A DNA stretch of 64,000 nucleotides, taken from the NCBI GenBank assembly GCA_964016885.1, contig OZ024742.1:300328001-300392000 (forward strand), in the 5' to 3' direction. Position numbers and translations under genes: made by a program. The stretch comes from Eledone cirrhosa (Eukaryota). The notes below the pieces were generated by a model, which saw nothing but the letters and a program-made list of their open reading frames with translations, was not told the origin of the DNA and searched no databases. Positions 62,882 through 64,000 of this stretch are shown here, one piece after another (position 1 is the stretch's first letter; each line of letters opens with the position of its first letter).

Positions 62882-63956
62882 CCCTCTTCCCGCTATATCA
62901 AGCGTTAACCTAATATATACCTTCCATATACTGTACCGATTGTGTTGTTATTTCTGTTTACCTTTTACATACATACACACATTATATATATATATATGAA
63001 GATCACTGATGAAGGACTAACTTTATTCATATATAACCCATTTGCAACCACGCAGCACGTTTATTCTCATATTTACACATATATTTCCCCCCGCTGTGAC
63101 CCGTCTATTTCGTTCTTACTGCTTCCTCTTTCTCTGTATCTTTACCCCCTCTAACAGTCACTCTCTCTGTTAGCCTCTTCCTCACCCTTCACTCACTCAC
63201 TCTCTAATACTACCTCTCCTACTTCTTCCCGTTTGACCTGTGCGTAATTCTTTTCTCTCGCACGCTTGGCCAGGCCGGTTCCCCTTTTTTCTCTCTCTCG
63301 TCTACGAATTCACAGAACTTATGTTCACCGAATCCACGGACTGGAGTCCTTCTTCCTCCCGTTTGACCTGTGCGGAATTCCTTCCTTGCTCACATTTCAA
63401 CCAGGTTTGATGGTCTTTATTCTCTCTCGTTCACGATTTCACCGAACTTATATTCATGGAAATTTGGGACTTGACTCGTTCTTCCTCACTTTTCGTTGCT
63501 TTACCATCTTTGTTTGTTTACACTCTCGCTGTTCCCTTTATTTACGTGTCCCAACGACTTTCTTTAGCCGTTGTTCGCACCAACCGGAGGTATATGGTCT
63601 TTAAAGCGATGGAATACCGATGATGGTTGGAAGATCACTGATGAAGGACTAACTTTATTTATATATATATATATATATATAAATGGAATAGAATGAAATG
63701 AAATTTCATTTATCACTCTTAGTACGGCACTTACTTAAATGTAAGTATCTATACGTACATGCATATATGTATACAGACGTACATTAGTATGTATATATAT
63801 ATACATACATGCACACATATATATATGCACGTATCGGTTTACCCAACATTTATTATCATGCTCGGTTTGTTTATTTGTAAACAAACAAACAGCCCGAGTT
63901 ACGCCGTACAGTGTTTAGGCAACCACGTCGCCTTTTTGTTCAACACTGACACAGGA

Positions 63957-63999
63957 ACGCTGTACTAGTTTCAAGCTTATTAGCTATCGTCAGCATCGT
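63957..63999 (-). ncRNA. Minimal type-I hammerhead ribozyme
   Basis: ACGATG-CTGACGA-T-AGCT AATA AGCT-T-GAAA-CTAG-TA^CAGCGT. Stem I 5/6 bp, stem II 4 bp, palindromic stem III. Confidence 0.8.
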
Positions 64000-64000
64000 A

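Noticed and set aside
63499-63507. ATG|GTAAAG as the troponin C start exon
   Set aside because: Weak donor lying inside a repeat element; no supporting evidence.

Overview
AT-rich, microsatellite-laden animal genomic DNA, most consistent with a coleoid cephalopod (octopus-like repeats, molluscan-type troponin C); the taxon is inferred. Three spliced host genes can be read by hand: the first coding exon of GMPPB (minus strand, 10..138, gene runs off the left edge), a 13-exon ACTR8/Arp8 (plus strand, 11016..32172, about 756 aa) and a molluscan troponin C (minus strand, four coding exons in 49528..59760, start exon not found). The rest is transposon-derived: a 5'-truncated Penelope-like element (RT plus GIY-YIG), a degenerate RTE LINE with a PHD finger, CRE-type LINE fossils, a non-autonomous Helitron, tRNA-derived SINEs, MITEs and minisatellites. 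The most striking unexplained signal is a set of eight minimal type-I hammerhead ribozyme folds at six loci. Most lie next to (TA)n tracts and several are inside fold-back palindromes. Two of them bracket the main troponin C exon in the sense orientation, next to a captured copy of part of that exon. All calls come from manual reading; no searches or folding programs were run.
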